A program made the translations under genes and the position numbers. DNA of 64,000 nucleotides. Source: Camelus dromedarius (taxonomy: Eukaryota). Numbering within the stretch: position 1 is the first letter of the stretch; each line of letters starts with the position of its first letter. The notes beneath the pieces were generated by a model. That model was not told where the DNA came from. It saw nothing but the letters and a program-made list of their open reading frames with translations, and did no database searches. Of this stretch, positions 12,401 through 26,300 are shown piece after piece. The stretch is taken from contig NC_087437.1 in the NCBI RefSeq assembly GCF_036321535.1, positions 72,666,001-72,730,000 of the forward strand, given 5' to 3'.

Positions 12401-15400
12401 ATTACTGTAAAATTTGATTAATGGATTATTATGACCACGTAACACATGTTGGCATTTACCATATCTTAGGCACTATATTAAATTCTCAGTGTAACCCAAT
12501 GAGATAACAGCAACATTGATTTAGTACTTACTTCTATCAGTCACTGTTCCAAGAGCTTTACATATATGACCGCATTTAGTCTTTTTAACAGAAAGAAGGT
12601 TGGGAATATTTTTACTGCATCTCAGAAATGTAAAATGATCTGTCCCAGCTTACACATCTAGTCTTTGTGCTCACCTGAACTCAAGTCAGCCAGAGGAAAT
12701 ATGTATATATTTAATAGCAGGCCTTTCCTTCTAATTCCCTTTGCCTCAGTCACTGTGCTTCTGTTTCTTGACCACTGCTGGCTCCCAGTTCACATATCTT
12801 GTGTTTTGGCTTTCTCGCCTATCCTAAAACACAGATTTTTCACGCTGAGAGCTAAATTATTCTGCATTCCTCAAAACAGCCTTTGCTAAAGCCTGGATTT
12901 CCATGTGGCATGATGGTTTAAAAAAAATTGATATGGGATTAGAATGCCAGAAAAAAACTTTTTAGTTTCAGAAGTCAAAGTTGTTAAATAGCGAGAGCCT
13001 AAGTATTTGAGTTTTAAAAGCCTAAATGCTGAAAGACCAAGGATAAACGTTCATCCAAGAAGGAGTTGATGGGAAGAATACAAGGTGATGGAGGAAGCAG
13101 CTTTTCTGACCCTAGGCTGGGGGAGCAAAGAGGGACTGACTAGTGTCTATGCTAAGACACCAGTTTGTGTCCTGAAAAGGATGCTCTGTGCCTGATCCCC
13201 AGGAATGGGGAGTTCAGGAGGATGGTAATAGAACTTGGTTGAAATTCAAGGGCAGAAAGCATCTGTGCCTTGCTTTCCTGTGTTTTCTGTTTCACTGTTC
13301 CCTTGCCGTGATGCCAAGGCCTCCCATTGCTAGAGACCACCGTAATGAGATACACGCTGCTGCTTTTCTGCCACAAAACCAAAGGTTTCCAGTGGTTAAA
13401 CTGTAGCTGCAACACTCCCTGACATAGTGATCAGATCAAAGTTTCCTTAGCCTTGTCCTCATGCAAATGCCCATTTCTGTCCTTTGCTTTCTGTCTTCAG
13501 GTGTTCAGGAGGCTCTTCTGTCATCTGTTCACCTGCAAACTGATCTGGTTCTTGTCAGCTCTGATGCTATGCGAGGCACAAGGTAAAGATACTCCATTGC
13601 CCTGCTTGGAATCCAGGAAACACAATTTCTAGAGTGGAGCCATTTGGCCACTATTGTTTGTGCTGTGCTGTTTCGTCTGTCTGCGTGGATTATTTCAACG
13701 TGTGATTCGTTTGGAAGAGTTTTTCTTTCTACTTTCCCCATTTTTGTTATCAAAGACTTTGATATTTAGAAACTGTTTTCATAGATAAAACAGACATAAA
13801 AACTCTTTCTAATTTAAGATATAATTTTTCATCTATCAAGTTGAATAATGTTTAAAATATTAATTTTCTATGTTTGTAAAGAATTGGGAATACTTGGGGG
13901 AGTATAAGTGAATAGGGCCTTTTTGGAAGGTAATTTAGCAATAAGCCTTAAAATTGGGTGTGTCCCTCTTCTACAGAAAAATATTAAAAATAATGAAATA
14001 GGGAGGTTACATAGGTTCACATAGTCTATTGCCTAAACCATACACCTGCACTGCCCACTTATCTGCTGAGTTTCCTACTTGTGTTAGACCTTTCTCCATG
14101 ATTCCATAAGACACCACCCCTCACCTTGCTGCTGGCGTGTTTGGTGTTTTTTTATTGAAATATAGTCAGTTACAATGTGTCGATTTCTGGTGTACCCCAT
14201 AATGCCCCAGGCATGCATATACATACGTATATTCCTTTTCATTAAAGGTTGCCACAGGATGTTGAGTGTAGTTCCCTGTGCTACACGGAAGGAAGTGCTG
14301 CTGGGCTTTTATCTCCTCCTGCGTGCTGTTGCTCTCCATCAGCCTTCACGGAGTGGGAAGGGGAAGCGTCACACCATCTACAGCGCAGGATTTACCGACT
14401 GGGGGACTCTAAATGGAATTTCATACAAGCAGCAAAGAATTGTAGACTTTCCACTAAATTATTTCTTCCATAGTCAAAGAGGAAAATCGCCCAAGATGTT
14501 AAAACTCTAGCTTTGATACCCTTTTCTCCTCTCCATTCTAAAAGCAGCAATTTCTTCACATCTCTGCTCTGCAACATCTCAACCAATGTTTAGGAAACAC
14601 CTGTCCTAACAACGGGTGTTGCCCTGGAACTTTGCACATCCACTGAGAGTACCCCTCACTGAAACAGGACTTATGCACCACTCGGGGCTCCTGATTTGTA
14701 CGTGTCGCTGTGCCCATCTCGTTATTCCTGATGTTCAGGGTTGTTGAGAGGATGTTGTTGGGCTGCCTTCGTTTTCCCTGATTACTCTAGCCAGTTTATC
14801 TGTATCATTAGCATTAGAAAAAACAGATTTTGGTGTTTTTGATTAAGTCTACATTTTGTGTACCATTTTATTAATTTGCGCTTTTAACTTTATTAACTGA
14901 CTCCTCTTATTATTTTGGGGGGGATGGGAATTTTGGATATATGTGTGTACTCATTTTTCAACCTTTCTTATTTCTTAATAAATTAAGTTAGGATTAAATA
15001 TTTCCCTCTGAGAACTGCCTTATCAATTTCTACAGATTTTCTACAGATTTTCTACAGATTTCTCATTGTCATTCATAGTAACTCGTAGTTCTTGCTATGA
15101 TTTCTGGTATAATTAAAGAGTGAAAAGAATTATGTAAACTTCTAATTTTATTGCACGATGGACAGTGTTCAACATCATTTTTTGTGTACTAAATTCAGGT
15201 TTGGGGTATTTTCCACGTGTTGCTTGAAAAGACTGTTTTCTTTTGGGTAAAAGAGGCTACCATCACTCTAAGTCCAAAACCAGACAAAGATATCACAAAA
15301 AAGAAAAGAAAATTACAGGCCCATATCACTTATGAATATATATGCAAAAATTCTCAACAAAATACTAGCAAATTGACTCCAACAAAGCATTAAAAGGAAA

Positions 15401-17262
15401 TTAAGGAAACAATCCTATTTACAATCACTCAAAAAGAATAAAATACCTAGGAATAAATCTACTAGGAGGCAAAGGATCTGTACTCCAAAAACTGCAAGAC
15501 ACTGAAGATGACACAAGCAGATGGAAAGAAATGTCATGTTCTTGGGTTGGAAAAATCAATATTGTTAAAATGGCCATACTACCCAAGGCAATATACAGAT
15601 TCAATGCAATGCCTATCAGAAACCCAAAAACATTTTTCACAGAATTGGAGCAAAAAAATGTTAAAATTTGTATGGAAAAACAAAAGACTCTGAATAAACA
15701 AAACATTCTTGAGAAAGAAGAATGGAGCTGGGGAATCATGCTCCCTGACTTTAGGCCATACTACAAAACTACAGTAATCAAAACAGTATGGTACTGGCAC
15801 AAAAACAGACACATAGATCAACGGAACAGGATAGAAAGTCCAGAAATAAACTCACACACTTGTGGTCAATTAATCTATAATAAAGGAGGCAAAAATATAC
15901 AATGGAGAAAAGACAGTCTCTTCAATAAATGTTGCCGGGAAAACTGGGCAGCTACTTGTAAAAGAATGAACTTAGAGCATTCTCTAACACCATAAACAAA
16001 AATAAACTCAAAATGGATTAAAGTCCTAAATGTAAGACCAGATACTATAAAACTCCTAGAGGAAAACATAAGCAGAACACTCTTTGATATAAATCACTGC
16101 AATATTTTTTTCAGACGAGCTCCTAGAGTAATGGAAATAAAAGCAAAAATAAACAAATGAGACCTTATTAAACTTAAAAGCTTTTGCACAGCTAAGGATA
16201 CCATCAACAAAATGAAAAGACAACCTACAGATCTTAACATACAGCATAATTAACATAATCATTAACGGCATTCCAGTACTTACTTCTTTTTTCATAGGTT
16301 TTTTTTTTTAAAGAACTTATCTGATTAGAGTTATTAGACAGTGAAAAATTTTCATTATAAACATCCGGTGCATTAATGCTTGTCAAAAAAGAAGATAGAA
16401 TCCACTCTAGGATTTTAATTCTGAGAAACCATTTCAGATTCAGTTAATTAATATTTACTATTCTTCCCTGGCCTGTGGCAACTTCTGCCAGGGAGATTAT
16501 ACCAAGAAGGGAATGCAAATGCAAGACAAATCAACTGTGGAGGAAAGTACAAGGAATCAGGGGGAACGTGTTTCTACTCACTGCAGCCTTCCTCGTCGCT
16601 TCCATCTGGGCAGTCCACAGTCCCATCACATTTTGCATTTTGTTTCCTAAAGCAAATATCATTGCCACACCTAAAAGTTCTGTTGCTGCATAGAATACCT
16701 AAAAATGAGCAGAAGAAGGAAGAGTTTTTCCTTCCCAGAAACAATTTTGAGTGAATGATACTGCACTCCATCCATGAAGGATGGCTTAGCTACAGGATCA
16801 GTGTTTGCTGCTCTGGGAAACATGGCAGAAGGAAATGAAGCAACCCCATGTGTCCTGTCCCTGCATCTCAACAGCTTCACTGGAAGACAGGCAGGGGCAC
16901 CTGTTGAGAATCAATCCAACAGCCTCTCCTTTCTTCCACTGTAAGTGAGATGCAAGGCAATTGGCCATATCAGTGACTTAAGCCATGATCTCTTTGCCAT
17001 TACTTTGTCTTATTCTCCAAGAAAATGTTTGAGCAAAAGTCAACACCATACTTAGTCCTTTTATGCCATTAGAGGCAGGGGAATGGACAGATTTTATGAA
17101 TTATAGCATATTTGTTCACATCTCAGGTTGTGTGTGTTTCTGCAGGGGCTGGAATAGAACACGCCCCATTATGGTATCTGGCAAGTCCTGCTGTATCAGA
17201 ATCTCAGTATCCTTTAGTCTGGAACAGCTTTAAAAGCAAGTAAGCAAGAAAAGTTTTCCAGT

Positions 17263-17320
<58 letters not shown>

Positions 17321-20300
17321 TCCACCCCACCCCAGATAAAGTGGCCAACTTTTCCATTTTGTCTGCATCCAAGAGGATTCTTGGGACCTGGGATTTTCAG
17401 TGCTAAAACTGGGGGAGTCCTGGGAACACTGGGACAAGTCAATTGCCTTAGCTCAACAGTTATTTCAGTTCTGACTTAGAAGAGTCTGCTAGGAAGAACA
17501 GCAAAGTACAGAGGGGTCTTCCTCACTCTGAGTGCAGTTCTGCTCATCCTGGCCATCCTCACAGTCCCTGAAGCCATCGCAGACCAGAGGGCTGTGCTGC
17601 CTGAAGGAGCTGGCATTGCAGGCAGGTTTAAGGGTCACTGGAACGAGAACAGACATGAAGTCTTGTGAGCCTGAGACATCAGCAGACTGATGGCCAGCAG
17701 TGCCCTTTAAAGGTGCAAGTGTTTAGGATGACTTAAATCAAACAAAACTGTGTTTCCTCAAAACTGACACCTCCATGAGGAAAAGCAAATGTTTACACTT
17801 TGGTGTGATTCCTAGCGCCCTGAGTGTGTCAGATCTGACTCTAGCTGTGCGTTAAATATATGAAACTCTGGTGGTTTGTTTATCTAATTACAATTAAATG
17901 CATCGTTAAGATTTTAAGGAAAATAAAAATCATAAGCTGTTTTCTAAGTTGAACTTGTCTACCTTCCTAAACAAAGTGGGAGTATCCTGAGATTGGGGAT
18001 TTTGTCGTATTCATCTCTGTATTTCAAGCCCCTGATCAAGTAGTAGGTGCTCACTAAGGATTTGTTGACTAGGTGAACGAATGTGAGACCTTAAAAAGCA
18101 GCAGACTTGTAGTCTATTGGTAAGGAAAACTCTCTTTTAAATTATTTTATCCTGAGAAATTTATTTCCTGAATTGGGAAATACCAGTGTAAATCTATTAC
18201 AATATTTCTTCTTTGGTATATTTTTATGAATTGCCTATAGCCATGTGACAGACACAGTATATTAGCAAGCACTCTTATAGAGTATGATTCCTTAGACATT
18301 TCTGGGTTTTTTTGAAAAGTTATCATTTTTGTTATCTGCTCCTGTTTTTTCAGATGTATGTCTTGTGAGGGGCAGGGGGAGAGCATTGCTGCCCTGAAAC
18401 AGTTATTAAGTCTCTGAGAGTACCAAGTCAACGCCTGGAGAACAGCTTCCAAATTGGCATGATGAGAAATAAGGATCAAAGAACGATCCTTGTTATGAAG
18501 TAACAATAATCACTTTTGTTTGGAGCATCGTGGTAGGGAATCATAATAATATAAAAAAACAAAAGCAACCTCAATCACTATAATTGTATCCTTTTCTTAG
18601 GGAATAGAAGACCCTATAGATTTAAAAGGTCAATGAAGCATAAGCTAAGAGGGTTATATTTTGTTTTGTCAATAAAAAAAATGTAGAGTCACAGGTTATT
18701 TTTCATGAATATGATTTTTTCATGGTTAGCTATATTAATTATAATATTTTCCCAACAATATGAAAATGGTTAAATAGCGTCACTATTGCAATTGTATTGA
18801 AATCTAACTCTGGATCTTTAGGAGAAAGTGCTGCCAATGGTGTCATATGGTCGGGTGAACACTTCTCCCAGCCCACTAGCTCAACAAGGAGAAGAACCAT
18901 GAGGAGAATAGTGACCCCAACCTGTGAAGAACCAAGCTCAGGGGGACCACTGCTTAAAGCAGTGCTACCCCACTGAGCCCAGCCTAGATCAGTCATATCT
19001 CACACAACCCACAGATGGATGATCCGGAACAAGTGATTGTTGTAAGTCACCGAGTTTGGGGGTAGCTTGTTATGTGGTCAGAGATAACAGCTACAAAGAC
19101 CCAGGATATGCAGCATCAGTAACAATGGTCCTGACAAGCTCTCTGTTCCTGAGAAAGTCCTGGTAAAAGCTTGAATACCCACCACAGAAAAGTTCATCGC
19201 TCTCATCAAAGCAGTCATTTACGCCATCACAGCGCTGGGCTTGAGGGACACACAAACCGGAGGAGCATCTAAAAGATCCAACAGGACAGGCTAGAGATAA
19301 TAAAAAACAGGAAATGTTGTGTGGGTCCCTAAAAGGCACCAGACCACATTAACAAAGAAGTATGAAGTGTTAAATGGCTAAGCGGTGGCAATGCACCAGT
19401 AGTAAATATACAATTTCTCCCTCAGAGGAGACTATTGAAAGGTCATTGAAACATATAAATTAAATAAATATAAAAATTGAGTTAAAAAATTGAAATAATA
19501 AGCAAGGTCACTGAAAGACCAAAATGGAGAATTTAAGAGAGCAAAGAAAGCAAACTAATCCTGCAGGAGTTCTGGGTCGACACTTCATCCAGGTCACATG
19601 TACAATCTAATTCCTACTACCTCCATCCTTGACTCCTCAACTTGACTTTATCACAGACTTGAAGAAAGAGAAAGCTGGATGATACGTTCAAGTCCAGCAT
19701 GCCCAGTGTGTTGTCTTCAGACTCCCCAGGGAATTACAAATGGTCTTCTGGTGTCTCTGAATCCTCTATGATCAGATGCATTATTCTGAGGAGTCTGTGC
19801 CTTTACTTACATTTTCAAGTGATCTTTGTCCCAAAATGTAGTAGTAACCACCGACCTTAGAAAGTGGACCTAAGGACATTAGTGACTGGCCTCAGAACTG
19901 GGGCTCCTGCTTCCTACCTCCCAGTGCACTTCAACTAGGCTACTCATTGAAGATCCATTCCCTGCCTGGTCCAGAATCATTATTCCTGGGCTTACAGCCA
20001 AACATGAGGAAAGTAATCAATCCTTGCTCTCTGCCACAGTCTGAATTTTGTGTCCACCTCCCACCACCCATTTCAGGTGTTGAAATCCTAATGCCTAACG
20101 TGATGATGGTTTGAGGAGGTGGGGTTTTACGGAGGTTTTACAGAAGTTACGAAGGCAGCTCCCGCACGAATGGGATTAGTGCCTTTGTAAAGGGGGCCCC
20201 ACAGCACTCCCTTGCTCCTCCCACCATGTGGGGACAAAACGGAAAGTCTGAGATCCAGAAGGGGCCCTCACCCAACCAGGCTGGCACCGTTATCTTAGAC

Positions 20301-23300
20301 TTCCAGCCTCCAGAGCTGTGAGAAAGAAATTTCTGTTCTTTATAAGTGACATTGTCTGTGCTTTGTGCAAAAGATTAGGGAGAGTGCACGATCAGATCAA
20401 CCACCATTGCAACTGCACACGATGGAAAGCGTGAGTCCCTAGGAAATATTCCTGGTTTGCAAAAACAGTTAAAAATAAGATGGCTTACTATATAGCTGGA
20501 TCCTTGCTGGAAATTGTAATATTCTGATATTCAGAAGTGTAATATTCTGAATCCAGAAGCAGGTATATTCGGATTGGCAAAGAAGGAAGGGTCTAAAAAG
20601 CCTTATCCTCATAGTTACCTAAGTGGCTAACCCTTACTTTTCCCCTTTTAAAACGGGTTGAGGATTTCCTGAGTCAGTATCTACTCCCTCCAGCACTAAT
20701 GCCGTCCCTCAGACGTTGCCATTTCCGCTGACTGCTTCCTGCCCCCTTGCCAGCGGTTCTCAGTGTGAAGTTCAACATTCTGAGGGCTGGTATTTGGGCT
20801 CTCCTTGAGCGACCAGCTCTCCCTACACATCAGAGGCCACAGTGAGTCGAAACTGTTGCCTTCGGATCCACCAAGTCTTTGTGTATACCTCCCATCTACC
20901 AAGAATCGTGGCTAGCAAGAACAACAAATCAAGAAATGAGCTTGCCCTCTATTTCAGGAATGATGTAAGGAACTATTTTTCATTTGTAACAACTGTGTTA
21001 CTTCTTCTATAATTTAAACTTCAGCAGAATAAACACATAATTGTATGTATTATTTATCATCTATTTTGTTTACATTACATATTTATTTATATATTCCTAT
21101 AAAAATATCCCTTAAATTCTCAAAGTTTAGAGTTGTAAAGGGGTGGCCTCTGCTTAACCCCTTCATGAAGGTGTTCTAAGGAGCTGATCCCCGGCTTACG
21201 TTGACTGATGTAACTGCCGTATTCCACCAAGAGGGGCTTGTCCAAGAGCCTTGAACTGCACTGAAGCTGCACGTGAACGAGGGGGCTGGGCACTCGGAAG
21301 ATGGTCTGGTGATCCATGTAGGAGCCACAGTACCTGAGGAGCGAGGGTCAGAGACACACAGCATGAGGGTCCATCAACCACACTCCTGTTGACAGTGAGC
21401 TCACTGATACTTTGGTCATTTGAGCTTCGTGAACGGAGATGCTTATGGTGGAGCTGACGGTAGCTATCCGTTCTATGCTAAGTGCCTCTGAGTCACTTCT
21501 GTCCCCGTGATTTTCTCCTCTGCTAAAGAAAACAATGGCAGTACTATCAGCTATCATGTTGCTTTCCCACAATACAGAAGAGATATGGGTTTAATGCTCC
21601 TAGTCCTCTCTTCTTTAGGCATAAATAACTGCCTAACAAAAAGCATTGACTGCTTTGGCCACAAACCTCTAGGGCAGAGTGGAATCCACGAACCCAGATT
21701 AAAAATATGCAAAGAATCCCAGCAACACTTACAGCCAAAGACAACAATATTTCAATCTAAATTCAAGTCTGATGTGCAGTTCAGGGCTTGTCCTTGACAA
21801 AATTTCAAAGTAGTGATGTCTATCTACAATGCTCCCCTACCTTGATTTTTCTTACTTCTCATCACCTAAGAGAAAATGTCTCTCCTAGTAGTAATTCTAA
21901 TGTGAGCACTGTGGTTACTGGGACATGTAGTACTATTACCCGGGGGGCCCATGGCAAGTTAGGCTCCTGCCCTTTGTGGGCGAAGCTCTTCCCTGGTGAA
22001 ACATGCAAGTTCTTAAAGGGAAACAGCAGACAGAAAGCTTGAGGGGGGACGTCCTCCCCTGAGATCTGTGAATGACAGTCACTCCAAACCCTCAAGGCAT
22101 TTAGGAACCACACATGTTCCATGGATCAGACACTGGCATATAGTGGGAGGAGTACAGGCGGAACCTATGGTTTTACGGTTTAAAACATTCGTGTATATTT
22201 CAGGAAGACTCTTTGGAATTGGCTGAAGTTCAGGACCTGATGGGTGGGATACCAGGAAGAGGCAGCAGCTGCAGGTGACTGCTAGGCTAAGTGGGAGCCA
22301 GGGTATGAGAGGCACCTGAAAGGTGAGTCAAGATTTGGGGGGCCAGAGTCTACTCTAGTTGGTCATCCTGGGATCAGAGTCCTGCATTCTGAAAACATGA
22401 TGATTGCTATCTGTCTCATAGTGATTTTATTCATGCTCTCCATAAACATTTACTAGCGTTTTCTTGCAAAGAAGAGCCTCACTTGGATGTTAAGGAGGAG
22501 TCAGGAGGAAAGGGATAGTTGAAACTATGCATGGACCGGAGTCTACAAGGCTTATGTAATGGGGCATAGTGGTAGTTTATGGAACAAAAGTAAAATAAAG
22601 TGAGAGACTGGAGAAACCCAGTGAGAGCTAATTTACATGGACAGGCACGTGACAGGCAAGAAAACTGAGGTGGAAAGAGGTGAAGTAATTTGTTAAAGTT
22701 CAAATAGCAACTGAGTAGAAAGGCAGGATGGAGACACAGTCCACCTGATACTAAATCTGAGCACTTCCTAGCGCACCAACAGCCTTCCCCTGAGGAACTT
22801 TGCTGCACACAAGCTTCGCTGGAAGGCTGTTCAATTCTGCAGGTTTATATACTGCATTTCGGCTGCCCTGAGCAGTCACACCCCTCCCCCACCCCCGCCT
22901 TGTTCTCTGAATTCAGGATCACTAGGCTTCCCGGTGTTGGCATTACTTCTTCCCTCCCCAGCACAGACCCAGTGCTAACTTACCAGCAAGGTGTCCCAAA
23001 TTCGTTCAATTAGAGCCTTTCTGATGGAAAGGACTGATAATAGGAAGGGCTGGCATTTTAAATCCCAAGGGTACAACTAGTGTCAAAAGAATCTGATAGG
23101 ATTTCAGCCAACCCACAAGTGAAGAGCTGGCCCTTCAGGGAAAGTATTTAGGGCAGAGAGCTTTCCTGGTATTTGTGGGAGGAACTCTAGCACTACATAG
23201 TGGGTGGTCGGGGTTGTTACTTAGCGGAAAAAAAAAAATCTCATTTTCAAAGCACTGCTCTGTTTTAAGCACACAAGTTTACAAAAGAGCTGCAAAGATT

Positions 23301-26300
23301 TGTTTTCTGGACCTCTAATTAAATACCAAAATCAAAATGCAGTATCTTTAAAGCCCTGGGTACATTCCATAGTATTTATGCGTTCAATATCATTTCCAAA
23401 GCAATTTTATTAATCGTATTAATACAGTTTTTGGTGTGTGGTAAGCATCATTTCATTGAATACTTAACAAAAAATCCTCACCTTATTACCTCATTTTACA
23501 GACTGACAATTAAAGTGGTTAATTAATTTGTTCTAGTTAATGTAGCTACCAAATAACAGGGCTGCAATTTGAACCTAGGTCTACGCAATAGACCCTTGAT
23601 TCAAAAAATACTCCCAAAAGGAGTACAGGCCACATCTTGATAATGGATCCGAGGATGCCTTTAAATCAGGTAGAATCCATTCCAATGAAGACAGGATCAG
23701 TGACTATTTGGCAAGTCGTGTAAGAGTCTAAAGGAAATGAAAGAAGATTGTTCAGGAAGATCATTTAGAAAGAGAAGGTTTCATTCATGGAATAGCAATG
23801 AGCAAAGAATTAGCAGATTGATCCCTCAGGCCAACTTCACAGGGATCCTTGAAGTAACTGAGAAGCTGTTCTGCAAAGACGGAGCATTCCTGTATTTTTA
23901 AAAATAAAAGACCTATTATAACTTTAGAAGCAAATAAACAATAACTACAATCAAAGGACGAATTAAGGGTGAGAGTGAGGACCTACTGGGTCATGTCAGG
24001 AAGCCTGGGCAATTAGGTGTCTCTCAGCTGCTTTCTGGTCCGCCTCAACCCCTGTCCCAGCCTCAGGATACAGCCAGGACGAACGGGCCTCTCCTGCTGC
24101 ACGGAACCAGCTAATGGTTTCTAACCTTTGTCATCACCAGGACCTGTACTCTGTTTCCCTCCATGGGTGCAGTGGCTTATCTGCCAGTTACGTCTGCACA
24201 GGATAGAGTGCCACAGCCCATTTATACTCCATCCATAGCCCAGCAATAAAGAGCAGTGATAGAACTTGGGGCCATACGGACTTGAATCCCGGCTTAGACA
24301 CTTAGGAGCTGAGCGACCTCGAGCAAGTTATTTAATTCCCATATTCCTCAGTTTCCCGGTCTGTTAAGTGCAAACTCTTTAGGGGACAGGAATTCAGGGC
24401 TTTGAACTTCTGGGCAAGGCTTGTCATTGGATTCTTCACTCATGGAAACCACTTACATGTGCTCATTAATTTCCCACCATCCATGGTCACAGCCTTTCAC
24501 ACTCTTCTTGGCTATTGAATAGTTATGGAATTTCAGTGCTATGCCAAGAGTTGATAGGGGAGTCTGTGAACAACGAGCAGAAGTCAGAAAAATGATTCAG
24601 CTGAAGAATATGTTTCAGACTAAGATTTTATTACCCAGAGCTCATTCCCCAAGCTTGCTGTTTTAAGGGTGTTTTATTCCTTGTGCCCTGTGGCCTTTGA
24701 TGGGGTAGACCAGTTCTCCTGAACAAACTGACCTGAGAAGAAGAGCAGGCAGAGAAAAAGTGAGCCTCCCAGTGCTCAGGGAATAGCTGTGAGCCCCAGT
24801 GTGATGAGCTGGGTGACGTGGGACACATTAGATCACCTCTAGGTTTCAGTTTCCTCCTAGTAAATGAGCTTAACTTTGAGAACACCCACTTACTAATGAG
24901 TGTACACACTTTCCTCCTCCAATGACAATAATGGTGTAGTTTATTTAAGGCACTGTTCTGATTCTTTAGGCAGAGGGATGAATCAGCATCCTCTTCATAT
25001 TAAGCCTGTGTGTTCTGGAAGGCAGTCACTGAGTCATTCCTATGTCTTCTCCGAAGAGATAGATCAAACAAGAGAAGTGGCTGCTTATTTGAAGCATGCA
25101 CAAGTGACCACACACACACACAAACACACACACACACAATGCAACTGACCTTGTTATGTCATTGTTTGATAAGCACATACATCACGACCAACATGCCACA
25201 GTTTTAGTTTTAATTTTCACTTTAGCCCAGGAATTATTTAAGAGAGTTCTTACATTTCTAGGGAGTAGAATTTTGGTTTGTCTATTTTCAAATTTTAAAA
25301 TTCTATCTTAGTTAGAGAAGAGATTACTTATTACAGTATAGCTTTTGATTTCTTAACTTATTAAGGATTTTGTTGTGATCAAATTTATAAATGCTCCAAT
25401 GTAATTTTTTAAAGGGTGGTTTCTGTTTACATGTATTACCAAATTCATCATTTGTATGGTTTAATAGTCTCCCTTGCCTTATTTATTGTCCCCAACTGTC
25501 TCTGTCATGAGCCAAGAGAAAGGAAAATCTCTTATCAAAGCACTCTTCTTTTCTCTTTGTCTGTCTTACAGGTTTTATGAGTGTTAGTTCTCTGTGCTTT
25601 GGTGAGTAATTGTCATAATTAGATCCTTATGTTCATCGGCCTCTTTATCACCGTAGATTGCCTTCCTTTTCTCACTGAATGCTCCGATTTCGGCTCTGCC
25701 TGGCATTAAGTTTGCGATCCCTGCTTTCTTATTGTTTACATTTGCCTGGCATGATATTGTCCATTCTTTTATTTTCAGCCTTATTAAATCACTTTTTAAA
25801 TTCATTTTGTCTTTTGAAAACAACATACAGTTAAGTTTTAGGCAATACTTTGTGATTCAATCCTACTGTCTTTTTCCTTCAATAGATGAATTTTGCACGT
25901 TGTCTTCTATTGTTCTGATAGACATTTGGCTTTTCAGTTATGTTGTCATATTTTGTATTATAATTTCTTTGTTGTGCTGTGTGCTTCTTTCTAATGTGTG
26001 TTTGGGGTAGCCCCTCTCCTTAACCTACCTTTGAGAGGGGATGGATTGGGTACAGTGACTCACATTGAAACACCACGACAGGGGAAAGGGAATAGCTCAA
26101 GTGGTAGAGTGCATGCTTAGCATGCAAGAGGTCCTGGATTCAATCCCCAGCACTTCCTCTAAAAATAAATAAATAAATAAACCTTATTACCTCCCCCCTC
26201 AATAAAAAAATAAATATCACAACAGCACGGTTAGGCAGGTAGTATGATTCCCAACTTATATAAGAAGAAACCAAGACTAACCAAAGAGAAGCAACTTTCC

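Larger units (their letters stand above)
11040..13582 (+). pseudogene. Partial CD200 (OX-2)-like duplicate: promoter/5'UTR, exon 1 and signal-peptide exon; no Ig exons seen
   Basis: The spliced product [31 protein letters not shown] resembles CD200 leaders (human MERLVIRMPFSHLSTYSLVWVMAAVVLCTAQ). The 12-nt plus 82-nt exon structure is as recalled for CD200, and the upstream sequence resembles the CD200 5'UTR. Confidence 0.85.

Noticed and set aside
15026..15062. Three copies of ttctacagatt; similar short duplications at about 20515-20560 and 41771-41821
   Set aside because: Ordinary slippage repeats with no spacers; not CRISPR-like or otherwise structured.
16800..16945. TWQK-containing plus-strand frame, considered as a CD200 IgV remnant
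   Set aside because: The flanking residues do not match an Ig fold and there is no suitable exon structure.
26081..26155. tRNA-like sequence
   Set aside because: The A-rich tail, TSD and additional copies show it is a SINE, not a tRNA gene.
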